NCBI GenBank assembly: GCA_053919585.1
Contig: CM132801.1
Strand: one strand, 5' to 3'
From: Euprymna scolopes
Lineage: Eukaryota
Length of the DNA stretch: 64,000 nt
This document shows positions 52,915 through 64,000 of the stretch, piece by piece. The notes below the pieces were generated by a model that saw only the letters and a list, made by a program, of their open reading frames with translations, ran no database searches and was not told the DNA's origin. The position numbers and the translations under genes were made by a program. The stretch's first letter is position 1, and every line of letters begins with the position of its first letter.

Positions 52915-53679
52915 GATTGAGTTCAACTCTACCTCAATTGAAACCGGACCTTGGGTGACTTTACCTTGACTCAAGCCAAACTGCTGCAATTCTACCTTGA
53001 CTAAAACTGTTCCAGGACAACTGTGCCTTGACAGAAGTTGGTCCAGGACAAGTGTGCCTCGACTGAAGTTAAGTGTTGTGAACAGGTACATTGTCATGCT
53101 GAAGAAGACATATAAAACAAAGGCATGTGGAGAAAAATGCGATGGTTACAATAAGATGACACTTATATACAGCCAAGATATCAGGTTGGATGATAACACC
53201 GTATGCTGATCCTTATTTTGCCTACATCTTATACAGCGCACACAGTCCTGTTAATTTTCAGACGCATTTCATATATTCTTCAAATAAAATTAATGTATAT
53301 TCCAGCTGTGTTGAGTAATATACTGAGATTTTTTTTTTTTTTACTTGATTTTTTTCCCAGTAATTATCAGCAATGAGATTTGAGTGTGGATCAAAACCAG
53401 TGTAGCAGAGGTTTCAGTGTTGTGTAACTTTAAGTCCTGCGTTTACCATGATTGTAGATTTTGAAATTATTACTGAGAAAATGAGAATAATGAACAAAGG
53501 AGCCCTTTGTAGTGCCATGTGTAATTTCGTAGATAAAATGTTTGTCTTTAGTTTTATATTTTTTTAAAAAGATTTTGTTCCTGTATGTCTGTGTCTGTAT
53601 GTGTGCTAATCATTGAAACAAATCAAGGAAGCCAAAAGTTGTCTGCATGAAGTAAAGGTGCTGCCTTTTCCACATCCCA

Positions 53680-53684
<5 letters not shown>

Positions 53685-53734
<50 letters not shown>

Positions 53735-54024
53735 GTAATGAGGAAGTAAATATTAAATAAAAATTTCAGACAAAATAGACAATTAGTTTATAGAATAGTG
53801 GATGAGTAAGACAACATTGTAGTAGAAATAAGGACACAAACTCATTAAAGCTGAACCAAGATATTTCGGTCGATTCATTTGACCACATTCATTTGGTAAA
53901 ATGATACTTTATTGAATGCATATGTTCGAATGAATCAACCAAAATATCTTGATTTAATGTTTGTATCTTTATTTCTATTATCACGTTTTTTTTGCTTATC
54001 GACTATACCATCAAGTGATTTCCC

Positions 54025-54069
<45 letters not shown>
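53685..54069. mobile_element. Inverted-arm Penelope-like remnant between two (TA)n tracts
   Basis: tagaaataaggacacaaa..ccaagatatttcggtcgattcatt is inverted against aatgaatcaaccaaaatatcttg..tttgtatctttatttcta. TA tracts lie at 53685-53732 and 54029-54069. Confidence 0.55.
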
Positions 54070-54074
<5 letters not shown>

Positions 54075-56130
54075 GGGAAAAATCTTGCGTGTAATAGGTC
54101 TTATTCCATTCATGCTTTTTCAATACAATATTTACCTTCATTCAGGTAAGTAAAAAAAGTGTTGTTATTAATTTGGTTACCATATTACACAAAAATAACC
54201 TAAAATTAGTAAGAGCTACAGGAAAGACCCCTCGCCCCCCCCCCCACCAAAAAAAAAAGTCAAATTTATGAGAGAAAGAAAAAGTTTTATTCAAGTTGTT
54301 AAATCAGTTTCTCTTCCTTCAATTTTTCCGTTTTCCTTTTTGCTCTAATTTTCCCTTATTCATGTGTTATGCTGTCACTGAATTAATAATCTTTTAATCT
54401 TGACTTTTGCATACCTGATGGTGTAAATTGTATTGGAATGTAATTTGGATTGAATAAAACCTATTTCACATAAGCGAATGTTTTCCAGTCACTATTTAGA
54501 TAATACTGTCGAATATGTTTTCCCTATTAATGCTTGTGTATGTTGAATACCTTTATGAATGAGTTTGTGGATCCGCTTTGTCCTGTAGCACATGCTTTGT
54601 ATTTGAATTCGACATTTTTCACTTTACCTTTTCTTTGATGTGAAGTTTCTTAGAGAGTTAGAACTGTGAATTCTATTCGTCTTAATTGCACAAGAAGAGT
54701 AGTAATAATAAAAAAAAAACTCTACGATTACATCACCATTTTTATTTAATAGTGTACCCATACTGTCAAAAATGACATTTTTTTTTCATTGTTTCCCAAT
54801 TTACGTAAAGCTTTCAGAATTAAAATCACTTGGTAAAAGAAGTTGTCAATGCATTGACGACTCCTACAATACTATTTCAGTTAGCTACTGTTGATCCCTG
54901 AATATATAGATCTGAAGTGAGAATTTTGCGTTTCTATTATACCATCAATATATAACAACACTTTATAGTCGTGTATATCTGACGTGTTAGAATGACGTAG
55001 AAAAGATATTTTCCATTTTGAAATTATATTACATCTAGAAAACTTCTGTTGGAAATTTAGCAAACATGTTTGAGAAAATTACGACACTGAGAGTCGAGAA
55101 TGACACCTGGTAAAGCGCCAATAAAATATTTCTATTTGGATTGCGTTTGTAAGAAGGGACGAATGTGTTTCAGAGTTCTCATCATTCTATCACAAGGCAG
55201 AAAGGAAGATGCAATATTTCCCTGTTACATGAAAAGGAATCAATATTTATAGATATTGAAACATACACAATGCATGTAATATTAGAGATTATGGTTTGTT
55301 TGAGCAGCTCTTATTTTAATCAGTCTCATTTACACTTATGTTTGTGTGTGTTCATGCTTTGAAGAGATTCGTCACAAGCTTGAGAACAAAACTCTGACCC
55401 AGGGGTTGGTTGTTTTGTTGTCATCACATGGGTTGTTTAGCAAGTTATATGAAAGTACTTTCTAAAGTCGTCTTCAGAGCTGGGTAAAGTCTTCCCTGTT
55501 GTAGTCTTCATGCTGTTGAAAGATTCATATGAAACAAGACTCCGTTGTAGTCAGGATTTGTATCAATGTAAGTAATCTCAGCCCTGATAATCGTATCTAA
55601 GGCTTGACTTTATCTTCCATACTATCCACAAATGTGGGAATGGGGTAGATCACGTCTCTGTCTGACTCGCAGGCTTTGTAGTTTTGTTTTGCTATGTGCA
55701 CAGGAGGTCATCCTTCAAGGCATTATCTTCTCGTTTCTAGAGTGACAAAATGATTACATACTTCAGGAAAAAAAGCTTGCATATCAGTTTAGGTAGAAAG
55801 GAAAGCAAATACATATTATCTAAATATTAACAGACATGTTTCATTTTTTTTTTTTTTATGACTCTTCAGTGTGGTTTTATGTAGTAACCTAAAAACCTAA
55901 AAGTTCGAACCCAGACTCTGCTCTGACTGCAAAAGTTTAAATAGAATAGAATTGGATTGGTTTAAGGCAATATCTTTCCCCACTTAAAATAGTGCCATGC
56001 TTAGTCATTGCTTGAAAGTGTCTAAAAATTATTCATTTTCACAATGCAAATTTACAGCCATTGTGTGTTTGAGATTATACAGCGTCTTTTTTTTCAATAT
56101 TTTCGTGAATAAGATATTTCTTCATTGATT

Positions 56131-56420
56131 AGTATCATAATCACGTTGACACACCGGTTCCCGTCAGATCACCGAAGTTAAGCAACGTTGAGCCTGGTTA
56201 GTACCAGATAGGTGACCATTTGGGAATTCTAGGTGCTGTATGCGCTTTCCACTTATCTCTGCATTGTTTCCAGTCATCTTGAACCTCCACATGCCACTGG
56301 TATTCAACAGTGTCGACTTAAGGGAGGTGTGGTTGGGGATTGCGCAACTCTTGCCACAAAAATTTCATGCATAGACACCCTTACCATGGGTATCCATAGT
56401 CTGTCAAGACTGAAGGAAGC
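56131..56420 (+). mobile_element. 5S rRNA-derived SINE (SINE3-like) or 5S pseudogene with body
   Basis: 56131-56248 (tcacgttgacacaccggttcccgtcagatcaccgaagttaagcaacgttgagcctggttagtac..gggaattctaggtgctgta) is an invertebrate 5S sequence with substitutions and a small deletion. A GC-richer body follows. Confidence 0.75.
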
Positions 56421-58719
56421 CTTTTATTTCTTTATTATACTTTATAATTTTTTCTAAAATTCTAACAAACTTCCATAAGTTAAAGTATATGGTAATAAAA
56501 TATTTCCAAGTCATGAGGTTTGGGACTTTATTTATTAACTTTTGACTAGGTTTATGTAATCTTTCTTGAATGAATAAAAAAAAAAAAAAGAAGAAAGAAA
56601 ACGTATACATATAGTTAGATCAAATGTGGAAGGCATTCAGGAAAATAAATATTTTTGATTTACACTCTTACTTGAGAAACTTTGTTAGAATTTTTAATTT
56701 TTGATCTGGGTAGCAAGTGAAGTAAGTCTTTTAGATCTGCATCTACTTAGTATCCTTGCTTTTTTTTTTTTTTTTTTTTTTAAAGAATCTGTGATTATTG
56801 ATTTGATTAGAGTACACTGATGATTGTGTGTGCTACATATACTAATATAGTCCCAGTTCTAATACAAATATGATTTTATCTTTATTTTATTGGAATGGCT
56901 GCTATCGACCCCCTTCCCTCCTACAGAAGTTTTCTCTGGATCCACTTTGGTTAAGCCTTTAATCGTCTGTTATTAATTTAAAGCCTCATTGTATTTTGCT
57001 TTTCATATTTTCTAAAAGATTTGAATTGTTTAATAAAATCATTATCTCAAATTGAATTTTAAAATTACTCATAAAATTAGTTATATCTTTACATCTCTTG
57101 TTTCAAAATCTGTTTATTGGTATTAATCACTCAATAATAGTGGACATTATTTTTCGTAGTAATTTTTTTATGGTTCATTTTAAAGTAAAAATAGTTGTGT
57201 AGTTTTGTGTTCACAATCAGCTCATTCCAGCTGTTTTTAGTGTGCATATCACATTACCAATAACTTTAATTAATTTTTTCATTTTATTATACAAGTTCAG
57301 TTTTTGCTTTTACAATAATTATTTCTCTTATTTTATGATCTTGCAAAAATTGTTCAAGTTAATTGTATTCCTAATTATTGAAGATTTTATTTTGATCTCT
57401 TCGGAAAAGTTGAAGCTAACTTAATTTCTTCATATCAAAAGTTTTAAATAATGTTCCTGTTTTGAATAAAATCCTGACTCTATGGCCTCCTGCTGGTAAT
57501 GGTTCCATATTCATCTCTTTTTTTTTGCACTTGAAAGCGTTTTGTTGCTTCCTATTTGGTTCGACAAGACCTCCAATCTACGTGCCCCTTCAACAAATCT
57601 GTTTTAAAACAGGAAAACTCTATCAGCTGTATTTCTCCATTTCTTTTTAAGTTTATTATTTTAAAGTGTTTTTTTGTTCAACTTCTAATGCAGCATAACC
57701 AGCACTTGGCACCTTCTTCTTGACTATTCCCATCTTTCTCTTTGATTCTTATTTACTATACATTTTTTTCTCATCTGAATTAGTAAGAAACGTTTTATGA
57801 TTTCTAAAAACTATTCCACTAACGTCTAACCAACAAGAATGAATATTGTTTGGCAATCTTAAAATCATTTTGTTAATGTTGTGGATATTGCCTTAGTTAC
57901 AATTTTGACTACTAGGGACAGATTTATATATGCTGTTTGCAGCCATATTTAGAAAAGGTTAGTTATTTTATAGATATGGAACAATTTACTTGATAAAAAA
58001 TGGCTGAAGGAGGATTAAGTATTGTTAATAGCAGCCCAAATGGTCAACTAATGGCAATAACCACAACATTAACACCGCCTTTATTTCTTTTATTAAAATG
58101 AATGTTTGTTTTTATTGTGTTATCTGTTTTTGCCTACACTTGACAGTCAGAAAAGAAAAATGTAACAATTTAAAATGATTTTTTTTGTGTATGTAATTTG
58201 TCTATGTAATTTGATTTGTGTAATGTTTATATTATTTTGTGAATTATCATCATTTGATATCTGCTTGTTACCAATTTCTATATTGACCCATCATTGTGAT
58301 GATATTTGGTTGAACAATGCCAGTACCTGCATAAAAACAGATGCTCAATTCTTCATTTATGTCCCCTCCCACTGAAAGGCAGGTGAGTGCCAATTCACTC
58401 ATAAAAGTACATACTGAAAGAATATGGTAAGCTTGGCATCAAACGAACAGAATTTTCTATTGTCATTTTTTTCTGTCTTTTTTTTTTTGTTTGTTTTGTT
58501 CTGTTATGTATTGTCAGAAGAGTGTAACAGTTAGAATATAAAACTGATTTCTACCATGTTCATCAAAATTTTTTTAAATTGTTACTTTGTATATGTAATA
58601 AATAGATTTAAGTGTCAGGAAAAAAAGATATTTCTATTATTTAGGATAGAATTAGAGTTCAGAATAAACAGCAAAACAATTTATATATTTTTAGTTTTAG
58701 TTATGTATGGTATAGTACT

Positions 58720-59340
58720 GTGTGTATGCATGTAAGTGTGATGTATGTATGTGTAACTACATCTATGGTGATGTATGTATGTGTAACTACATCTATGGTG
58801 ATGTATGTATGTGTAACTACATCTATGGTGATGTATGTATGTGTAACTACATCTATGGTGATGTATGTATGTATGTGTAACTACATCTATGGTGATGTAT
58901 GTATGTATGTGTAACTACATCTATGGTGATGTATGTATGTATGTATAACTACATCTATGGTGATGTATGTATGTATAACTACATCTATGGTGATGTATGT
59001 ATGTATGTATANNNNNNNNNNNNNNNNNNNNNNNNNNNNNNNNNNNNNNNNNNNNNNNNNNNNNNNNNNNNNNNNNNNNNNNNNNNNNNNNNNNNNNNNN
59101 NNNNNNNNNNNNNNNNNNNNNNNNNNNNNNNNNNNNNNNNNNNNNNNNATGTATGTATGTATGTATAACTACATCTATGGTGATGTATGTATGTATAACT
59201 ACATCTATGGTGATGTATGTATGTATGTATAACTACATCTATGGTGATGTATGTATGTATAACTACATCTATGGTGATGTATGTATGTATAACTACATCT
59301 ATGTTGATGTATGTATGTATGTGTAACTGCATCTATGATG
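58720..59340. repeat. Compound minisatellite aactacatctatggtg(atgt)n, spanning an assembly gap
   Basis: Read directly; units vary by ATGT copy number. Confidence 0.95.
59012..59148. other. Assembly gap (N run)
   Basis: Run of N. Confidence 1.
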
Positions 59341-62016
59341 ACTCAAATAAACTTTTTCTTTATTGGCACTTTAAAAAAAAGTACCAAAAGATTAACAGAT
59401 TAAACATGAAGAGTTGTACGCCACTTGCAGCTGACCAATTCCTACCCTTTGCTTTGAGATACGATCCTGTGGAACAATGATTTGTGGATACTTGTTATCT
59501 TAGCCCATCATTCTATCTCAAGATATACACTTTTCGTTGTTTAAATACTTAAATCAAGAAAAATGTGCTACACAACAACAACGAGCTGAAGCAAGTTTGG
59601 GTCTTGCATTGAGTAATTGAGAATTAAAAGAATGTAATAAACGCCCAACAGTTATTATCTGGTGGTGAGGTGTAATTTTTTTTCTGCTCAGTTATCATAT
59701 CTATCAGGGTCCAAACGTTCGGTTAAATAAATCTGTGCTTAGTATGACACGCATCTGCATCCAATAGTGTACATATGTATTTGAATCTATTAACAGATAT
59801 TATTATATACTGTGTATAGTCATAAGAGAGCAAAGAAAAGTGATCTTGATTAAAAGGATTGAATGTATTAAAAATGTATACAATAACAGAGAATGTGTTC
59901 TTTGAATTAGAAGGTTTTGGGGGAGGCGGTGTGCAAATAAGCTTGCCTGCCTATAGGAGAACAAGGCCAAGTTACTTGTTGGTTGAGTAAAGTAGGTCTA
60001 TGGGCTGACATTGTTGATGACATTTTATGTCTTGCAGCTGAGTTTCTGTTTGAGGCTGGAAGGAAAGTGGATTTGGTTTGAAACCCTTTTTTATTAGAGA
60101 AAATCAGATCATCTCAACAATTTTTTGTGACATTCCGTTTTTCATGACAGGATGTCTTATCATTGGTTCTTAAATCAAATTATCTCTATTTATTTCAGAA
60201 CTGTAAGAGATGCACGGATCCCCTTCACAAAGAAACATTTTCTTATTTTTATTTGTCCTCTCTATCTATATTCAGTAAATTTATGTGTAGCCTTAATTTG
60301 AACGAAATCTAATTTGAGCAGACTATAACATTAATGACTTGAAGTCATCAAGGATTTCTACCAGAACAATTGAACTCGATTTAAATATCCATCCAGTGCA
60401 GCCGTAGCCAAGATTAAACTCACTACACGAGTTTGTAGTGTAATTCAAATCTTGTCGGTGGCTGAATACTTGCTGCTTTGCCAGGGCTATCAAGGGTATT
60501 TTTTATCGTGATGCCATCACTAGACGGTGTGTCTACCATGGCTTAAGAGAGTCCCATCTACCCCTGAGAAAAAAATACTGCACCAGTTTCTCAACCTGAT
60601 ATTGTACCTCGCGGTACATACAGCGCCTTGCCTAAATAACACTAGAGTGTTGAAATACTATAAAAAAAAAAAAACAACCTTTACACTTCTGCAGTTTAGT
60701 ACCTTAAACAGTCTCAGAAAGACAAGAGCCATTATTAGTTTGTGACTAATGCAGTTGTTTTCTTAAAAAAATTGTTCAATTTTTGTGATAATTATAGCTT
60801 TGACATTTTTTCCTTCAGACATTATGCTCCATGGTACATGGTCATCACTTTTTATTCATTTGGTATTCTGTTTGTAAACACGTATCATCCACGTCCTCAC
60901 AAAATTGCATACACATTGATATTATAGTCAGATTCACTTAGAGTTTTAATGAATGTTACAAAATCATGTTGTTTCTTTGTTATTCGTCTTCTTTTTATTT
61001 GTTTACATGTAATTCTAGTATTGCCGTTATATGTCGGTACACCATAAGATTTAAACGAACATATTCTTTTTGTTATATGAAAAATTAAAATAGTTATTTC
61101 CATAGTAGGTGCTCAACTGATCTCCAATTTCTGATAACTACTTTCCCAACCCCCATTCCCAAACTTTTGCAGCAAGAATTTGTTTTCTTACCATCAATTT
61201 AAAAACTTTTTCTTCCTGTATGTACCTAAAACCAAACGGAAATTCTATTAACATAGTTTCTTTCCAAAGAGTTCCCATATGTGTAACACATTACCTTAGA
61301 ACAACTTCTTTACAGACTTCAACATGATCATTTTCAAGTCTTATGTTAAAGACTTATCAAGGTATTCTCTTAAGTAGTTAGTTTGTTAGTTCTAACCAAT
61401 TTTTTTTCTGTTTTTTTATGGTGTTGTTCATTGTACATCTCAATAACCCTTACCCTTAAGTGGCTTTTAACCTTGATAAGTGATGGATAATTAGTATAAA
61501 AATAATTGTTACAAATGTAAAAAAAAATTTTTTTCTGAATAGTTATTTTATTTGACGACTTTTCAAAGTTCGTTCAACTCATATGGTGTATCTACAAATA
61601 AAAACAATTAAAAAAAATATTATTTTCATTAAAAATTTTATTTTATGTCAATTCAAAAGTTCATTGTTTTGTACATTTCATTTCTCTGTGCAGTCAGTGT
61701 CTTAAACTGTTTGTGGGTTCGGTTTCACCTAAAATGCTTTTTTTATGATGCAGAATTTTTTTGAAAATGTCCACCTCTTATGTTTATAATATTTTGAATT
61801 TATAAAAAAATTGTCAACTTTTTCTTTTTCTTTTTTCTTTTTTATTTGATAAAAGAAAATCTTGTTTTACTCAATTTCTTTGTTTTTTTATTTTGTTTCC
61901 TTTTTGTTTTATTTAATCAGCTTGTTCTCATCATGTGAAACAAAAATTTAGAAACAATTTACAAAATGTGATATTGGTAAGAGTTCGTCTGATTCTGAGA
62001 TTTGTTATTCTTACAG

Positions 62017-62136
62017 ATAAAAATGATGGCACGTCATTTTCACGATCAAGAAGTTCAAGCATGTCCAGTCTTGAGAATGTCTCCAAGGAAGCGATCCAGT
62101 GCTTGAAATTTGCAGATTCTTACACAAGAAAAACAG
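62017..62136 (+). CDS. STXBP5: Tomosyn exon D (120 nt, phase 1-1): (D)KNDGTSFSRSRSSSMSSLENVSKEAIQCLKFADSYTRKT
   Basis: Splice sites are tttgttattcttacag|AT and ACA G|gtttct. The peptide matches the tomosyn signature SFSRSRSSSVTSIDKESREAISALHFCETFTRKT. Confidence 0.93.
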
Positions 62137-62378
62137 GTTTCTGTTTTGAAATTATCGTAATTTCATATCCAATCATAAAACTATTAATCAGTCTATGTGG
62201 TTGAATCAATAATACTTGTTAGCAGTTTCTCATTGCACATTCATCAGGTCTGATGCATAGAAAGAACACTAAGTTACAATGTGCCATTGAATCCATGTCT
62301 ACACTTTTATCACTTAAGTTGATATCCTCTCTCTGATATTAAGCCTTTATAAATATAACAACTAATACAACTACATAC

Positions 62379-62425
<47 letters not shown>

Positions 62426-63680
62426 ATGTATCAATAAAATAAGAAAATAATATAAAAATATATACTGATGTTTATAGATTTATTCATGTATTCAATAAGG
62501 ATGATACATCAATTAGGGGTGTAGGATAAGTAAGAACTGTTTATACCATGGTATTCCGAAGCCTAATGCTTCTCGTCAGAAGAGAAGATGCTAGATAAAA
62601 TAAAAGAGATGCAACGTCTATTGATAGTTACATTAGGAGCAAAGTAATTGTGCAGTGAGGAAAAAAATATTGAAACTATTTGGGGGTGGGAGAACTAAAG
62701 TGATCTCTGTGATATAGGAAAAGAAAACCAGTTTTTTGCTGGTATATATTTGCATTTTGTATAATTCTGGTCTTCTCTTCTTCTGATGAGAAACCTTTCA
62801 CTTCGAAATGCTATGAAGTTTTTTTTGTTTTGTTTTTTTCTTAAATTTCCCTTTAACTTTTTTTTCCCTTTATTTTTCTGATATAATAAAGTTATATATA
62901 ACTTTTATCCGTCATCTTTCATTGTAATATGTGCATGTATGCATTAAAACAGTTTGCACAAATTAACTCAAGCATTTTTGGAGTTACAACAGCAATAAAT
63001 AAAATTGCCAGAAAAAATTTCAAAGACATGGATATCAGAGTCAGCAAATCTATGACGGTGTTCTTCCCAACTATAAATGCAGGGGTGGTGAAGAGGTGAA
63101 AGCTTTTTAAACATGTCAAATTTAATCCATCACCAATTAGGGTAATTTTACATCCACACAACTATTTACTATGTTTTTTTTTGTTGTTTTTTTGTTTTTT
63201 TAGATATTTAGAGTCACATATTAACTTGTTAGCTTAATATAATTACAATAAGCAAAGGATTAAAAATGATAATAGTTGTATACTAAGTTGGAAAGCTTTT
63301 TATTATGTGATACCAGGTCGTTAAGGTTTCTTTATGGAATGGCATGGTAAATTCCCCTTTCGTTAACATATTTATCTAGGATAAACAGTTTGAAGTGTCT
63401 ACAGCTAATACCTATTTCATTTCTTTGATATAGTAGTTTATTTGCATTGAGAAATGTAATAATTATAGTTATTCTTTCATTAAGATAAAACAAGTGAGGT
63501 TGTGTAGTGTGGGAGTTAAAGCTTTCTTCAGGATGCTCCATTTTAGTACAGGTATCTTATTTTTCTTTAGAGATCATATGTTTAGGATAATGAGATGATC
63601 ACCTTTCTAATACATGTTATTGAAATGATCTCTGTATCTAGCTTTAAAGTCAATACTTTTTTTCTACCTATATATATAAG

Positions 63681-63710
63681 TACTAGCAAAAGTACTCATC
63701 GTTGACTGGG
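63681..63710 (-). mobile_element. Helitron/Helentron-like terminal motif (opposite-orientation copy at ~365-393)
   Basis: cctgggcaacattgggtttctctgctagta at 365-393 has a reverse-complement-like counterpart tactagcaaaagtactcatcgttgactggg. Both show a hairpin plus CTAGT end. Confidence 0.35.
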
Positions 63711-64000
63711 TTCAAAAACAGCCTAATGGACTCTGATTTATTAAAGTATGATAGGTTATCAAAAGGAAGGGTTGTAAATTTGGGTTGAATTTGGGGGTAT
63801 CAAAACCAAAGCAAAATATGATGAAAGTAAAAATAAAATAGATAAACCCCATAATTTATTATACCGTACCTGTTCACACTGAAACATTTATCACAGTATT
63901 CTGTGGATCTATATTAAAAAACCTTGTTAAACTTTGTGACATATTTTCATTCTATGGAGGTCAGGTGTGAACGAACACCCCATAATTTTATTATACCATA

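Larger units (their letters stand above)
1..64000 (+). other. STXBP5: Internal part of a tomosyn (syntaxin-binding protein 5-like) gene; mostly intron, spanning the hypervariable loop region
   Basis: Two exons 60 kb apart translate to the peptides that flank the tomosyn hypervariable region, in the correct order and on the same strand. Gene start and end lie outside the window. Confidence 0.88.

Noticed and set aside
56131-56248. Functional 5S rRNA gene
   Set aside because: The 5' end is degraded, there are substitutions and a deletion near box C, and it is a solitary copy followed by a repeat-like body.
58341-58382. 42-nt exon MLNSSFMSPPTERQ
   Set aside because: It is open in phase 0-0, which cannot join phase-1 exon D, and the acceptor ataaaaacag has no pyrimidine tract.
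58720-59480. Repetitive ORFs (MYVCVTTS)n and IYIYIY-type ORFs
   Set aside because: These are translations of mini/microsatellites and the N gap.
60199-60202. 4-nt AACT between tttcag and gtaaga
   Set aside because: The exonic donor context is poor. It shows that tiny AG-N-GT patterns arise by chance, which is a caveat for the other microexon calls.
60819-60833. 15-nt in-frame microexon candidate
   Set aside because: The donor gtacat is weak and there is no other support.

Overview
This is AT-rich animal genomic DNA. The 5S and repeat content looks molluscan, probably a coleoid cephalopod (inference). The window lies inside one + strand gene that I recognise as tomosyn (STXBP5/STXBP5L family). 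Two conserved exons bracket about 60 kb: 1682-1803 (GSMDPYQRAPRSPR...CKSPTSDQ) and 62017-62136 (DKNDGTSFSRSRSSSMSSLENVSKEAIQCLKFADSYTRKT). They flank the tomosyn hypervariable loop. The upstream exon ends in phase 0 and the downstream one starts in phase 1, so a 3n+1 adapter is obligatory. The sequence offers several: a 787-nt exon carrying a PIAS-type SUMO-interacting motif (KVDVIDLT), a 145-nt exon with two acceptors 4 nt apart that keep the same frame from either upstream phase, an internal phase-1 donor in the first exon, and a possible 4-nt microexon. There are also in-frame 9- and 12-nt microexon candidates and a possible recursive splice site. The introns hold decayed TEs: L1/Tx1, RTE and CR1/Jockey-like LINEs, a Ty3/gypsy element, Tc1/mariner, piggyBac, hAT, Merlin remnants and MITEs, 5S-derived SINE-like copies, and Penelope-like inverted repeats with minimal hammerhead-ribozyme cores. 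Mini/microsatellites and one N gap are also present. All splice models are read from DNA only and need RNA evidence.
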